A stretch of DNA of 64,000 nucleotides, from the NCBI GenBank assembly GCA_010405405.1, contig MU004244.1, positions 3,895-67,894 of the forward strand, written 5' to 3'. The position numbers and the translations under genes are program-made. Shown here one piece after another: positions 35,976 to 50,060 of the stretch. Numbering within the stretch: the first letter of the stretch is position 1; every line of letters begins with the position of its first letter. Below the pieces are notes generated by a model. That model ran no database searches, was not told the DNA's origin, and worked only from the letters and a program-made list of their open reading frames with translations. The DNA is from Microthyrium microscopicum (taxonomy: Eukaryota).

Positions 35976-37747
35976 ATGACGCGCCTCCTCTTCCGCTCTG
36001 GCCTGCAGCTCGCGCTATTCACAGGCTTAATCTTCTTCCTCATATACTTTGTCGATTCCCGCTACCGAGTCCTCCCCTCCACCATCCACAACCATCTACC
36101 CGCACACCACCCAGGCCTCGTAGTAACAGACATAACCGTCAACATCTGTCGCGTAGGAAAATGCAAACTCGATGAGTCGAAATGGCACAGAATAGATAAA
36201 GATCTATACTTGAAGAGTGGTTGGCTGTCAAAAGCCTATGTGCATATACAGCGCAAGAAAGAGGAAGATCTAAGCCATGATGATAAAGTGGTGGTAGATG
36301 TAAGGGTTGGTCGTCTAGATCCGAGTACGGGCGAAAAAGGTGATGCAGCGGAGAAATGGGAAACTAGGCCGGGTGGAATTTGGTTGAAGAGGAGTAGTGG
36401 GAGACATGTTAGTGATACGGACAAGGCAGTTACAAGTGTGGATGTACTGTTTGGGGCTGATGCGGTGGATCCGAGGCCGAATTGGCAGGTTAGAGACCAG
36501 GGGTTGCGGCTGGATTACTCCAAGGAAAGTCTGGAGGCAAGATTGACAATTCGGAGAGGGCAGCCGGCGAAGATTGAGAGGCCGACTGTGAGGGTTGGAA
36601 AGGATGGGAAGTTTAAGATTATGCAGGCGTCGGATTTGCATATGAGTACTGGCTTGGGTGTTTGTCGCGACCCTGAGCCGGCAGGATATAACAATGGGAA
36701 ATGCGAAGCGGATCCACGAACGCTCGAGTTCGTGGCCAGGTTATTGGATGAGGAGAAGCCGGATCTTGTCATACTCAGCGGTGATCAAGTCAACGGCGAG
36801 ACTGCCCCAGATTCTCAAAGCGTAAGCCCAGCGCCCTCCCTTGCAAGAGGCCACTAACAAGATACAAGGCAATTTTCAAGCTCCTAGAGCTATTCACCTC
36901 CCGTAAAATCCCCTACGCAGCAATAATGGGCAATCACGACGACGAAGGCTCCCTCTCCCGGGCAGAAATGGTCGACCTAATATCAGAAATGCCATACTCA
37001 CTCACAACATCCGGACCACCCACCCTTCCCGGCTCCGGAAACTACTATCTCCAAGTAATGTCCCACAACGGACACCACTCCGCGCTCACAATATGGCTAT
37101 TCGATACACATAGCTACTCACCCGATGAGAAGAAATATCACGGCTACGATTGGATCAAGGACGAGCAAATCCGCTGGTTCAAAGACGTCGCTGGCGGCCT
37201 TAAAAGCAGCAACGCAAAATACAGCCATATCCATCTTGACATGGCATTCATCCACATCCCCATCCCTGAATACCGCGATGCCGGCATGATGGTCGGCGAC
37301 CGCAAAGAAGGCGTCACAGCTCCCCTCTACAACTCCAACTTCTACGACGCCCTGATTGATATGAAAATCCCGGTCGTCTCATGCGGCCACGACCACGCAA
37401 ACGACTACTGCCTCTTCCCCGACAAACAAAAAGCTATTCTCGAGGGTGTGACGGCGACTTCTCCCGCGGCGGAAGGGACTTCGCCGAATAAGAAAGATTT
37501 CGACAAAATATGGATGTGCTATGCCGGTGGCGCCGGTTTTGGCGGGTATGGTGGCTATGGTGGATATCATCGACGGATTCGCTTCTTTGAGCTTGATGCT
37601 AACGAGGCGAGGATTACGACGTATAAGAGGCTGGAGTATGGGGAGACGAAAAAGAGGTTGGATGAGCATGCTATTGTTGATCAGGGCAGGGTTGTTGTCC
37701 CGGATATGAAGAGTCTTGAGCCCAAGGAGGGTACGTCTGCTTCATAG
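35976..37747 (+). CDS. DCR2: Calcineurin-like metallophosphoesterase, DCR2/SIA1 type, ~574 aa; exons 35976-36821 and 36869-37747
   Basis: N-terminal TM segment; FKIMQASDLH, SGDQ, GNHD, HIP and GHDH metal-binding motifs; GFGGYGGYGGY; 47-nt intron in frame. Confidence 0.88.
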
Positions 37748-40700
37748 TCTGTAAAAGGTGCAAGTAAAGTCAACGTAGAGACTGCAGAGAGCGCGGGTGG
37801 TTGCATCAGAAGGCGGGTTGTTTTTTTGGGGGTAATTTGGGAGTATCATAGCATTGGAGTTTTGGGGCATATTTATCTACTCTCATTCGGCGCGTCTCAT
37901 GAGACACGATAGTTCCATCGCTGGTCTGTCGATTTACGAGGCCTTTAGGATGTGAGCTTGACGCAAATGAATATCATACTTGATCCAAACTATCTGAGCT
38001 GTTGTGCTCAACGGTGAGCTGGCCTGGCAGGTCTCATGAACCCGCATCGCGACCGAAGCCATGGTATCGGGGCGAACGGAATATTGTGGAGATTGCTCCC
38101 GCCAACAAGGTACTGGGACGAAAAAGTGACCTTCGCGGACGGCGGGAGATGTGCCGGTTTGAAAGGCTCCAGATCCTTCTCGCCTCAGTTGTATTACAAC
38201 GCGGCTCACTTCCTTGGTCGGCGGTCAAAGCATCTGATCTTTCGGCCAGCTGCATGCGCCGCTAATTTCCGCGAGGATTGTGGCATCGTCAGCCGATCGT
38301 GGATTGTTATGCAGCAGAGTGCAAGAAGCCTTGTGGCTTGCACTTACTCGGACGACGAAATCCTGTAAAAGGAAGAATATTTCACCTTGCGGTGAGTGGC
38401 CAATTTGTTGAAAGACCCGCATGGCGCGTAGTGTGGGCCTTTCATGTTTCCGGTCAGATCCTGACAGCCTGATCAATGGATCGATATGCCTGTTGCACAT
38501 CACAACCGCTGGCGGTACCCCTTGAGTCAACTTCGAGGAGCAGAACAGTTTGTGCTCCATCCGCAAGCATTGAGAAACGAAGAATTGAGAAAAGAAGAAG
38601 AGATCGAAACGCCTGGAGGAAAGGAAAAGAAATGGGAAGTTGCAGTTGCACATTTCCGCCGTGACCAGATATGTAACGAGATTCGCCACTACCAATTATC
38701 TGGACTCGCTCCATGCACAGAATAATGTCAAAACGTCTGTGACAACCTGGCAATGTAGGCAGGCTTGCGAATGATTGGTGATCATTCTGAATGGGATCGT
38801 ACGATGAAGTAGAGACAGCTTACTACGACTGGCCGCTACTGTTATCGCGTAACCTGTCACTTTCATTCAGTATTAACCACTCGGCAGTGGCGATTCTCGT
38901 GCAAATGCAAAGATCGTCGTCTGCTGGTCCCTCGCCCTTGGCCAGATATCGGGTCCTGGCGTCCAGTACTCGAGAACTATTCGACCTCCCAAACATACTA
39001 TGACTGCTGTGTAACGGTGGCGCTTCTGAAGAACCATTCACGTCACTCTGTGCCTTGAAGGATTCTGCATGCTTTCGTTCGTTCAGAAAGTTGTTCGCAA
39101 TGTGGTCCATGTGACGTGGTACAACAATCAAAATTGTAGCGGGACTATAAAATGACTTAAGCCTCTTCAGGAGGACCCCCAACTATTCGCTTGGATATAA
39201 TATCTCATAGACATGATCTTTGGAACGATTGGTGGTTTCCATGAGGCCTTCCAACCCGACAGAATGGCACGAGGCGCTCTTAGTTTCACGGTCCGCGGCG
39301 GCAGATCCAAACAAGTTCCGGGACTAGCTTTAGTTCTGGATGCTTTTTCCAACGCGCCACATTCATCGCTGGTTGATAGTGGACCAACCGGTCGGGCTGA
39401 CAGCGCAACTCAAAGGTCACATTGCAACATTAATGTGCATGATAATCAAAAGAAGTCTGTTGTGCTGTATTTCAGAGTCCTCTTGCTATCCTTGAGTGGG
39501 GTGTTTCAGACAGCATGAGAAGAAGATACAGCTAAGCAAATGCCAATCGTTCGCGAGGTCCACCATTCGACGCCGTTTAAGCAGGCGTTGCGTGGTTGGA
39601 AACGTTCGACCAACATTACTTGGCCTTCACTTGTACCCTGATTGGATCTTATGTGAGGCTGCCAGGGCCAATCCAATGCCATGGTCCCGGCTTTTGTCGG
39701 CGTATAGGCTTCGTACAGCACACTGAGCCACAACAATTCCTATCAAGGATACTTGAGCTTTAACAAGAGCTTCCAAGTGTGCCACTCAACTTACAGGCTA
39801 GTACGTTGACTTCTGACTTGGCTTGCGTGCGATTGATATCGTTGAATTTGCGAGTCATGGCCATTCCTCTTCAATGGGAAGGACCCTAACGACAGCCAAT
39901 GAAGCCTGCATATGTCAGCCTCATACATCCTAATTGAGTGACTTGCGTTGCTCAATTAAGCAGACCTTCATCCACAAGAACCGGATCCTGGAGATGCAAT
40001 TTAACTTTCTTGGCTAAAAAACACGAAGTAAAGTCATGGCGGATTATGGATTGAGCTTCCGCGCGCCCTGAGGGATCGATGATGTCTACTTGCGAATGGG
40101 AGATTGACACCATATCGTTTATTTTCACGCCGTGTGTGCCATTTTCTCACATGGCAAAAGCAAATTAGCAACCTGGAAGCTCAACTATATCAACAAGCCA
40201 CGCTATCATCACGGCTTCTTCCAGCGCAAGACCTTTCAGGCGGAATCATATTGTACAAGAGGGCGCTCGTTTTCATTTCCTTTTCATGTCCCTAATAGTC
40301 GCCTGGTCGGCGTGCCCGTTGGGCTTGTTTTCTAGCTCCTGAAGAAACAGTCAAGGGCGCCGCGTGATGACCTACCTGTCTTCCAAAATGCCAATATACA
40401 CGCCACTCATTTCAACTGACAGCAAAAGCGATTCCACAATATCACGGAGTGATTCTGGGGCGCCTCGCCCTTTCCCGAATTCCAGCGCAATACTACGCTT
40501 CCTATTCCCCTGCCACTCTTATCCACCCGCTGAGCGCCCCCAGGGCTGCTGGCCAGCTTAGAAGGGCGACTACGAGTTTTAGGGCGGTTGGATCACAGTC
40601 GCCCGCCTAGCGCCTTTTGACACTGCTCTAGTATCATTCAAAGATCTAGATATTCCTGACGGGACTAGAGTATACCTTGCCGTACTGGGAATCTGCCGTT

Positions 40701-41689
40701 GTTTAGTTCAGCCACTCTCACGCGGAAGTATAACCCGCCTTGCCTGGTCTACGGCATCCATCATTGCTTTTCAGGGCGTGTAGAAATGATACTCGAACGC
40801 ACGATCCCCAGAAGTTCTCCTTCCCCTATTTCACATCATCGCAGTATCACGTCTCCGCCGGTTGCCTATTGCCTACTATGACAAGAGATAGAGGGCGCAC
40901 TTTAGTGGTCTACCTCCCCCTTTTCCGGCAAGTTGTTGCCGTCTGTTGTTGTGCATGTTATATAAGACCACGGTGACGCGCACCAATCTCGAGCTCAACC
41001 AGCATCATACTTTTGTCGATGAAAGTTTTCCAACTCCATCTGTTTATTGATACCAATCGAAAATCAAGTACCATAAGTTTCCTCTGCGTCGAGAAGGCCT
41101 TGACCGTGATAGTCGATTGAGATACCGCCCAGACAACTCTGGTCTGTATCAGAAATACGATCAGTACTCTGCTATCAAGTTATTCTTGCCGGGAAACCCT
41201 ATTGTCTCTCTAAAGATACTGGTCTAGTATTGTACCTGAGGAGTCTTGAACTTCCTGTTCATCGTAAGCTGACTTCCACGCCCAAGTTCGAGGGTGTATA
41301 CAAGCTAACGGCCTGAATAGTGAACCCACCTGCCTACATCGATCAGGTAGCTCATTCAATCGTGCTCGGATATCTTTAGTTCGGATATCTTTAGTTCGGA
41401 CATCAATTACATACATAAAGCAAACACCTTGAAGCGCCCTTATTAAACAAGCTACCACGCAGCATGGCTCGCCACAACGGAGAATCAAGCAATCCGCCTC
41501 TACCACGCCTGTCTCAAGCCAACCTCGTAGCATGGAATGAGATTTACTCTCAGATAAATGCAAGTCACTCGGTAACGTCGAATGATCAATATTTAATCTC
41601 AACAGATTCCAGCAACATACTCGCACTACACCACCCGCGCTGAGCGTGCCCACGCCTACTACACAGACCTCATAGTCCGCAACCTCCCC

Positions 41690-42109
41690 ATGCGCTGGCA
41701 AAACAACACACCCGATCCTCAAACTGATGAGGAGTGGGACCAATACTACTTCGCCGTCTCAGAAGCGCAGCAGATCCTCATGAGTCAAATGGACGAGGGT
41801 TTCGCCAACAGCAGTATCCTTGACCAAGCGTTCATTGATCATCCAATGCAGCGGTTTCTATTCATAAACTCTGCCGATAGCACACACCCGTGGATGGCTA
41901 GGCAGTACATGCGCGAAGTGGGCATCACTGACGGCCAATCGTCCAATCTGGAGGCTAGACAAGTTCCATACGAACCACAATCCGAAGAAAGATACTGGGA
42001 AGGGCTGGTCAGCTTGAATTCGGGAAGGAACTATGAAGTTGAGACGGGAAATTTGGCTATTAGGCAGAGACGGGATGTTAGAATGAGGAGGAGCAAGAGG
42101 AGAAGTTAG
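41690..42109 (+). CDS. Hypothetical protein, 139 aa, acidic with an Arg-rich C-terminus
   Basis: ATG-initiated ORF with coding-like composition and RRDVRMRRSKRRS tail; no recognised domain. Confidence 0.45.
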   Translation: MRWQNNTPDPQTDEEWDQYYFAVSEAQQILMSQMDEGFANSSILDQAFIDHPMQRFLFINSADSTHPWMARQYMREVGITDGQSSNLEARQVPYEPQSEERYWEGLVSLNSGRNYEVETGNLAIRQRRDVRMRRSKRRS

Positions 42110-44484
42110 GGCGGAGGAGGGCGCTCTAAGGGCGTCTATCTGAATAGTATCGCCTTTTTCTGTTTGGTTGGTTTGCATATGACGCGGCTGGTCCGGCTTT
42201 TGATGCAATTGATGGATCTCGAGCTCCTCGGTAGTAAATGTGAGCCATCGTTGCGGTGTTATGAAACCGTAGACTTGAACCAAGCCCAAAATTTCGGGTG
42301 GGCACTCGCTGGGCATAATTCGAAATGCAGTCCAATCAAACTGTTTATATCTTTGAAATGCAGGATGAGCAGAAATAATCGTGGTCCTCTTTCTTTCTTT
42401 CGTTCTTTCTTCTTATGGCAACTGGGTATGGTCCTTGTGCAGGATTGATACTAAAAACAAGGGACTTCGAAGATGATGAAATCTACAGGAGAGTAGGTAT
42501 GTTGTCTCAATCTATGGGTCATAGCAGCGTCTTGGATATCAAGGATTTCCCTCGTCGAAAGGTAACGATAATCTGAGTATTATGCCGTTCTCTCATCTCA
42601 ACTTGTGTTCTTCGAAGATCGTTCACAACTTAATCCTCATTAATGGTAGATATCATCTCTGTCCATATCGCCCACTATGGGCCGCCTTGGCTTCTAGGTA
42701 ATTTCGGTCTGTTCACACGCTTCTCAGCCTTTCCATCGACCACAATGAAACTTCGCCTCTAGTTTGCAGCGTAATCTTTTGACAATCTCACGCACAGGCC
42801 ACACGCACACATCACCAACAATGAAGAGTCTTTAGCCAGAGTCTAGAGATGATCACTCGCGATCCACAACATCCTTCTTAAGTACCTTGAAGATGCCAGC
42901 AGTTTCTGCATCCAGCTTGCTCCATTGCAGGGTCCAGTTCAGTTCGGGAGAATCATTTCGTAGATCGACAGGGTCCTCGTCGAATTCGCCCTCGCGTAGG
43001 CGGGGGATCGGCTATGAAGAGCGCAGATCACGCCCTGAGTTTCTTCACTCGTAAATCATCTCACGATGCAAAGCGCCCTGAAAGACTTGACGCGAGTGAA
43101 TGGGATCAAAATGACAGGGGAAAGCATTTAAGGGCGCGTGGTGCGCCCTTTTTCTCGTGTTGGCGCCCTGTTCATAGGGCGGACGCAACTGGCTTTCCTA
43201 ACGAGTCGGAGAAGCTCCGTAGCGCGGCTCTTCGGGCGGCTCCAAATAAACTTTTAAGCATGCTTTAAGTGACTAAGTAGTGGGCGGCCACAACCAGCAG
43301 AGATGAAGATGGAAGAAGGTTCAAGTTGAGACAACCAGACTCACAGAGCCTAGGCCGGAGAGGCCTCCGTATCGGCCTCCCAACCTCCTCCACTAAACAA
43401 ACGAAAATAATTGCTTTTTCGCCACGGGCAGTTGGTGGCAGTTGCAGAAGCGCTAGAAGGATTTAAATGATCTTCACAACGGTTAGCGCTTGATAAAGAT
43501 ATGATATCATAACCTTCACGACAAATGCCACTATCGCGACCATTTTGGACTGCTGACAGCGCCTGAAATCGGCAAATACAAGGCAATTGGCTGTAGACAA
43601 TCATTTGGGAATTGAAAACTCGTTCATGGATCGTGACAGTTGACAGACGACCAAGAAAAGGCCCGGATTTGATAGTGGGCGTGGTGGGGTAATTCTGTTT
43701 GGCTGTTATCCCGCGCCAACGACCCCTCGGTTCCTGACCTACTACGGAGTACATCCTCTGTGCCTCCTACCACGCCTTGCTCCCCGTACCAGCTACCTAG
43801 AGTATCGCCATTGTACCTACCATCAACATCCTTCGCCCGACCTCACCGCTTCCTCAAATCTGCGCCCATTGATTATTTTTTGACACTTCAGCAGTATCAC
43901 GAGCATATCGCGACTACCGCTCATCCCACAGCTGCCGCCGATAATCGCATCCACGACGCCATTACCTGTCAAACGTTTGGCTGAAGCTTCACATACCTCT
44001 CAGGAACATCTCACCAAAGTTTCAGGGGCTCTACGTCAAAGCAACAGATAGCATCCTTTTGCACTGTCTTTCTATCTTCTTTTCAGCTTGACCCTTCTAT
44101 TCAATTCATCTCCAAGGGCATCACCATCCTGCAAATCTATCTCTCCTAGAGCTAACCCTGTCCACAAGATTCTTGACCGAAACCCCTTTGACCTATACGG
44201 CCTATCACATTGTTGTATTCTTTCTTCACCACTGTCACTTCTCGACAAAATTGCCTCACATTGTCCGCCTGACTCTACCATCACGCCCCCACCTCCTGCT
44301 TCGCTGCCTCTTAAACCATCACGACCTTCAAACCCTCAATTCTCACCCCTTCTATCCGTTTAGCCCTGTTGTGTAACAATTTCTCATCCATACGCAACAT
44401 ATCAGTCTTCCTCATTCCGTGTCGTACGATTTAGGATAATACAAAGACAAGTCCTGCGTGATTCACGTCTGGAAGCGGTTGCCA

Positions 44485-46929
44485 ATGGATCACCCCATCA
44501 TGGATTACGATCCCAACGAATTGACACGGCAGCAAACTGTCGACCTTGATCCCTATGCATCCGCAGATATTTACTACGGTCAAACTCATAAGAACAAAGC
44601 TGGGTCTAGAGTGCGAACGTACTCGACGGTAAGTGGCCATCCCGTTTGCACAGAGTTGTTGCTCCCTGTTACTCACAAGTGCGTTGCAGATAATAGAGTC
44701 GCCGTCGCGTAAGTTCAGCTTTGGAAAAGAGCACCGCGGCCGAAGAACCAGCCATGGTAAGTGTCAATTGGCAATCTTTTATCGGCCAGAAACTGACATG
44801 AACTCGTAGATGAGTCGCATTCGCAACCCCGACGATTCCTTATACCTGTAGACGAGACACTCAAACGGCTCCTTGCAAGTGAGGATACCGACAACAACGA
44901 GCAAATCACAATCGATGACCTTGGCCCAAAGGTTGAATCTCCTCTAATTTATTTTGCCAAGTGCTGACTACTTCAAGGTTTTGGCGATTGGAACTGCAGC
45001 ATCCAATGGCTTCAAACGATTTGATGTCCGTGGCACATATCCACTCGCCAACCTTCTACAAGAACTCACTCTGGCCAAAGAATACGGTCGGAAAAACATT
45101 ATTCTTGATGAAGTACGGCTCACGGAAAATCCCGTTGATCGATTATCGAGACTGATCAAACTCCAATTCTGGCCAGGCCTCACTCGTCGAATTGATGGTT
45201 CCAATATTGCACAAGTTGGTCGCGATCCCAAGGACTGGACAGATGATCCTCGTCCTAGAATTTATGTTCCCAAGGGAGCCCCAGAGCAGTATGCATACTA
45301 CTGCAAGATAGCCAAAGAACAACCAGAAATTAGACTGGACGTTCAATGGCTCAAAGATCCATGCGATGACCCTGCATACGTTCGCGATCTCAACAACGCT
45401 CCTGGCCTTCTTGCCGTTGCAATGGAGGAGTACATTAACGACAAAGGAGAGAAGGACCTCCGAGGATTACCATTCGTCGTTCCTGGAGGTCGGTTCAACG
45501 AGCTTTATGGCTGGGACAGCTACATGGAATCCTTGGGACTACTCGTCAATGATCGCATCGATCTTGTTAAGAGCATGATTCGAAACTTTTGCTTCTGCAT
45601 CAAACACTATGGCAAAATTCTCAATGCCAATCGTACATACTATCTCTGCCGGTCCCAACCACCATTTCTAACAGACATGGTTCTTCGTGTATACGAAAAG
45701 ATTAAGCATGAAGAAGGCGCCAAGAATTTCTTGAGAGTCGCCATGCTAGCTGCAATCAAAGAATATCATCAAGTGTGGATGAGTGTACCGCGTTTGGATC
45801 CTGTCAGTGGACTTTCGAGATATCGCCCTGGTGGAATCGGTGTTCCTCCAGAGACCGAAGCATCTCATTTTACACACGTTCTGGAGCCATATGCTAAGAA
45901 ACATGGCATGACTCACGACGAGTTCGTTGATGCTTACAATTATCAGCGTGTCATTGAACCAGAACTGGACGAGTACTTTTTGCATGATCGAGCAGTCCGA
46001 GAATCCGGACATGATACATCCTATCGCCTAGAAAAGGTCTGCGCTAACCTTGCAACCGTCGACCTCAACTCTTGTCTATTCAAAATAGAATCGGATATCG
46101 AACGGGTCATTCGTTGCGAATTCGACGACAGATTACCCATCCCCATCGACTGGCTGCCCAAAGGCTTCGCTCCCGGCCACGTAGAAACCTCCGCCGTCTG
46201 GGAACGCCGCGCCCGCCGCCGCAGAAAGGTTATGGAAAAATACATGTGGAATGAAACAAAAGGCATGTATTTCGACTACGACACCCTACACAAGAAACAA
46301 ACCTCCTACGAATCCGCAACGACTTTCTGGACGATGTGGGCAGGAGTACCCACTCCGCGCCAAGCTATGGTCATGGTGCCAATTGCGCTATCCAAACTCG
46401 AAGTCTTTGGCGGTCTTGCGTCTGGTACTGAGGAATCTCGTGGGCCTGTTGGTCTGGATCGGCCGAACAGACAGTGGGATTATCCGTTTGGTTGGGCGCC
46501 GCAGCAGATTCTTGCATGGGTGGGGTTGCAGCGGTATGGGTATAATGATGAGGTTGCAAGATTGGCGTATCGATGGCTTTACATGGTCACCAAAGCGTTT
46601 GTTGATTTTAACGGCGTTGTTGTCGAGAAGTATGATGTTACTAGGCCGATTGATCCTCATCGGGTTGAGGCGGAGTACGGAAATCAAGGAGCGGATTTCA
46701 AGGGTGTTCCTCGTGAAGGGTGAGAATTTTTTCGATGCCTTCCACAACAATCAAGACTAACTGAAACAGGTTCGGCTGGGTCAACGCATCCTATGTGTAC
46801 GGTCTCACACTCTTGCCTGCGCACCAGCGCCGTGCTCTTGGAACACTCACCACTTGGGATACCTATCAGCATGCTGTTAACAACGCTCTGGAAGACCCGT
46901 TGACCGACGATTCGGACATAGAATTTTGA
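44485..46929 (+). CDS. NTH1: Neutral trehalase (GH37), ~744 aa; exons 44485-44628, 44690-44756, 44810-44931, 44978-46719 and 46770-46929
   Basis: RRTSHDE (PKA-site-like), Ca-binding [58 protein letters not shown]; four GT-AG introns keep the frame. Confidence 0.95.
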
Positions 46930-48490
46930 GTCAACGACACATCGAAATGCCGCAACTTGCTTCACGAGGTTTTGGCCATTCACGCAACGCGAGCAAACAT
47001 AGACAGAGGCATATGACAACGCTACACTTCAAGAAGTATCACTATTACTAATCCTATCGCGCCCTGCTTCACGCAATCGCGGTTCTTCAGGGATAGTGCA
47101 GTAGACTGGGTGGAGGCAAAAGTTCAAGTTGCAATGCATATACTTAGATTAACAGAGGATAGATGGATCGCTTGCTTGCCGATTTCTGGCTTACATGCTG
47201 AGCAATAGTCTGTGGGCACAAGGCTTTTAATGGGCGCTGGGCATGTCATACATTAGCGGGGTTTGTCTTTCATGGGCGGTCACGATGGCGGGTTAGAACT
47301 TGTATATTATTTTATCCTATAGCCAAAGTACACGGTGCAGAAGCTTGACTAGACTTTTTATTCTCGATCTGATTACGTAGAAAGCGTTTAGCTGATGTAA
47401 CACTACTAGTAGACATATTCTGCTGATCCGTATATCAAGCACTGTCCTCCACAACTCTTTCCTTTTTTTTGGATGCTTGCCAGAAAGAGTTCGATCTTGG
47501 TGAATGCATAGGCCGAAAAGAGACAGTTTTACTCGTCTGAGACATCGATTCCGCCCTTCGCACTACGAAGCAGTGTGCAGATCATCACGGTCCTCAGCAT
47601 CTCCTCTACCTGCTCTTCATGCTCGATCCCAAAACTCGGATGACCAAGCCCAAACCCCCAACTCGCTTTCAATTCTCCAGCATCTAAGTCCTCGCTTCTA
47701 ATAATTCCACTCGCAAAGTTCTGACCTACAAAGTACACTAGTAACGGTCCCACCTCATCTATACTTGACTCGCTTGCGCACTAAGCGGAGCACATGAGTA
47801 ACGGGAACATAAATGAACATGTCTCTGACCCGGTCACCAATCTCAATAACGTCCCTCACAGTAACGCGGTGTATGGTGGAGAAACGGCGAGTTCTACCAA
47901 TGTAATTAGACGCGATAAAAGAGCAGAGTGATTTTATCTTTCTTCATGGCAATCAGCACGTCTAAAACCTCTCCGGCGAGATCTGTGCGAAGCCAGTGGC
48001 CTTGGAGGAGATGGTGAGAAGTCTGGGGTCCTTCCTGAGGCACCGCAAGCCTCCGATTGCAAGTCTTGGTTTTGGAGATGGTGAAGATATTCCAGGGAGC
48101 CCGGTGTAGACAAATTTCAAAATATTAGGGACTATTTCAAAATTGGTATAGATGTGATGACTTGGGCACGATTATGCTGTAAAATGAACCAGAAATAGTT
48201 CCAAGATAAAAGGGTCTACAGTTTATATTTACATATTTATCGCAACACGAAAGATTGTTCGTTGTAGGCACGCGTTGTGCTATATGGCTGTTCAGCCAAT
48301 AGGGGTTCATGGAATGCGGAAGGATGAAAATGTTGGAATCAGAACCACAGTTGCAGCTGTTCTAATGACATGCTTTTGAGCTCGCTAACAGTTGCGCCCG
48401 TCGGCGAGAGTAGAACAATAATGATATAATACATGAGTGCTTTCAAAATATGTGCTCGGGTGGATCGAGTTTCATGTCCAGGGGAAAATC

Positions 48491-48537
48491 TCAGCCTTGT
48501 GCAAAGTGGACCTCAGCCTTATGGCGTAACTTCATCT
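48491..48537 (+). promoter_or_regulatory. Conserved upstream element (2x TCAGCCTT + ATGGCGTAACTTCATCT), ~840 bp upstream of pseudogene K
   Basis: Near-identical to 52540-52587 and to the reverse complement of 28171-28239. Confidence 0.5.
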
Positions 48538-49378
48538 GGTCCTCAAGTTTTATTATTTCCCCCAAGTACATAGTAATACTTAAATATGGCACATGAACTG
48601 GGATTTCTTGGGAGGCTACGCGCTTGACATATTTATATGTCTGGTTTTTTTCATGTATGTTGAAGTATGGGTATAAGCTATGAAGTACTAGACACGATAA
48701 CCAGCATGGTTCCGTTAACTTTCATTGTTCCAACGTGGTGTGCTATTGTAGCTAAATATGTATTTCATATCAAAAGCGCTAATTTATGGACTCTTCGTTA
48801 GAGGCAATGGAAGTTTTAGCACGTGTGGTTGAGAAGTGTGGATGGGAAGCATGGAAGTTCTAGGAGGGATGCGGGTTATTCAAGCAGTCTACTGGCTGTA
48901 GAACCTAAAATCCAACATACGAGATATAAGCTTTGATGAGATTTCGAGTAATGGTTCCAATAATGGGGATGAGAACAAGTAGAATGTGGTTTGGTGTCAA
49001 GGTAGGTACGCTAGCAACTTTTGAACTCTGGTTGTAGGGTGCTAGGCCCAATTTTTACCGTCATCACTTATATATTCCACGTATTTTCTTGCGCTCATCT
49101 CACGGCTACTCTTCCTTTCACATCTTTCGAAAATCTTTCAACAAGTCTATACGGCTTGATATCACTTCGAACTTCATTAGGTGCAATCTGTTCAATCAGG
49201 GCACTTGATTCCTCAACAACCAGCTCCCTAACCTACTCAACTTTCCTCCATTATACCTGCCAAACCCACAAACCTTACAAATTTCAAAATCTTGGAGTTC
49301 TCAATTTGCGCCACTCCATATCCTATCATTGCCTGATAGTTTCTCACAACCACAAACCACTTCTGATCGACTTCAAAA

Positions 49379-50060
49379 ATGGCTGTCTATACAAATATCG
49401 ATTGGGGTACTCCCTGGGACGTCCCCTCCGACACTGACTCTCCTGATGCAGCTCAGTATGTAGCAGACCCCCCCGAGGCCAACACGGAATCTGTACAGTT
49501 TGCCGCGATCAACTGGAATAGTGACGCTCCAACAAGGGCAATCACTCCCCCATGTTCGCCAAGAACTATACCTCATCTCGATCCAAGACTTTTCAACCCT
49601 CAGGAGCTAGGAGCATTAGCAGACGTGGACCCGCCATATATGTCTCTTTCTGCGGAAATTCCCACTAGCAAATTGCATTCCAATCTCACTTCCACTTCAC
49701 CTCCAGTGCCTGCTGCGGGTGCCCCATCTGCAACCAGCAAGCACACTTCCAATCGAGCTCCACCCAGCCAAGCTCAGGACTCATCAGGCGATAACAGAGG
49801 TTCCATCAATCCATCAGCGATATTGGCCAAGAATCGAAACGGCAATGCGATCCATATGCCTTCTCAACAGAATCCTTCCCAGAATCCCCGTAAACCTCGT
49901 CGGAATGCCATTCGGACGCGGCAGATCTCGAGTTAGATGAGCTTCCTGCCAAGGCACCTTCCGGTGGACGTTTACAGGTTTTGCACTGTCATTACTGTGG
50001 TGACAGCGCACATGGTGTCCCAGTCAACTAGAACACGGCGGCGCTATACAAAGGAGGAGC
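49379..50060 (+). pseudogene. Frameshifted zinc-finger family member K (G/J-like)
   Basis: ORF 49379-49936 has AILAKNRNGNAIHMP (compare J: AILGYNRKGEPVYVP). After a frameshift near 49930 it reads ELDELPAKAPSGGRLQVLHCHYCGDSAHGVPVN*...YKGG; the HxxxxH half is not found. Confidence 0.65.

Noticed and set aside
37934..39736. Many overlapping 60-156 aa ORFs on both strands
   Set aside because: No recognisable domain or coherent exon chain; could be a decayed gene, but unsupported.
41367..41402. 15-bp duplication CGGATATCTTTAGTT x2
   Set aside because: Simple slippage duplication with no evident function.
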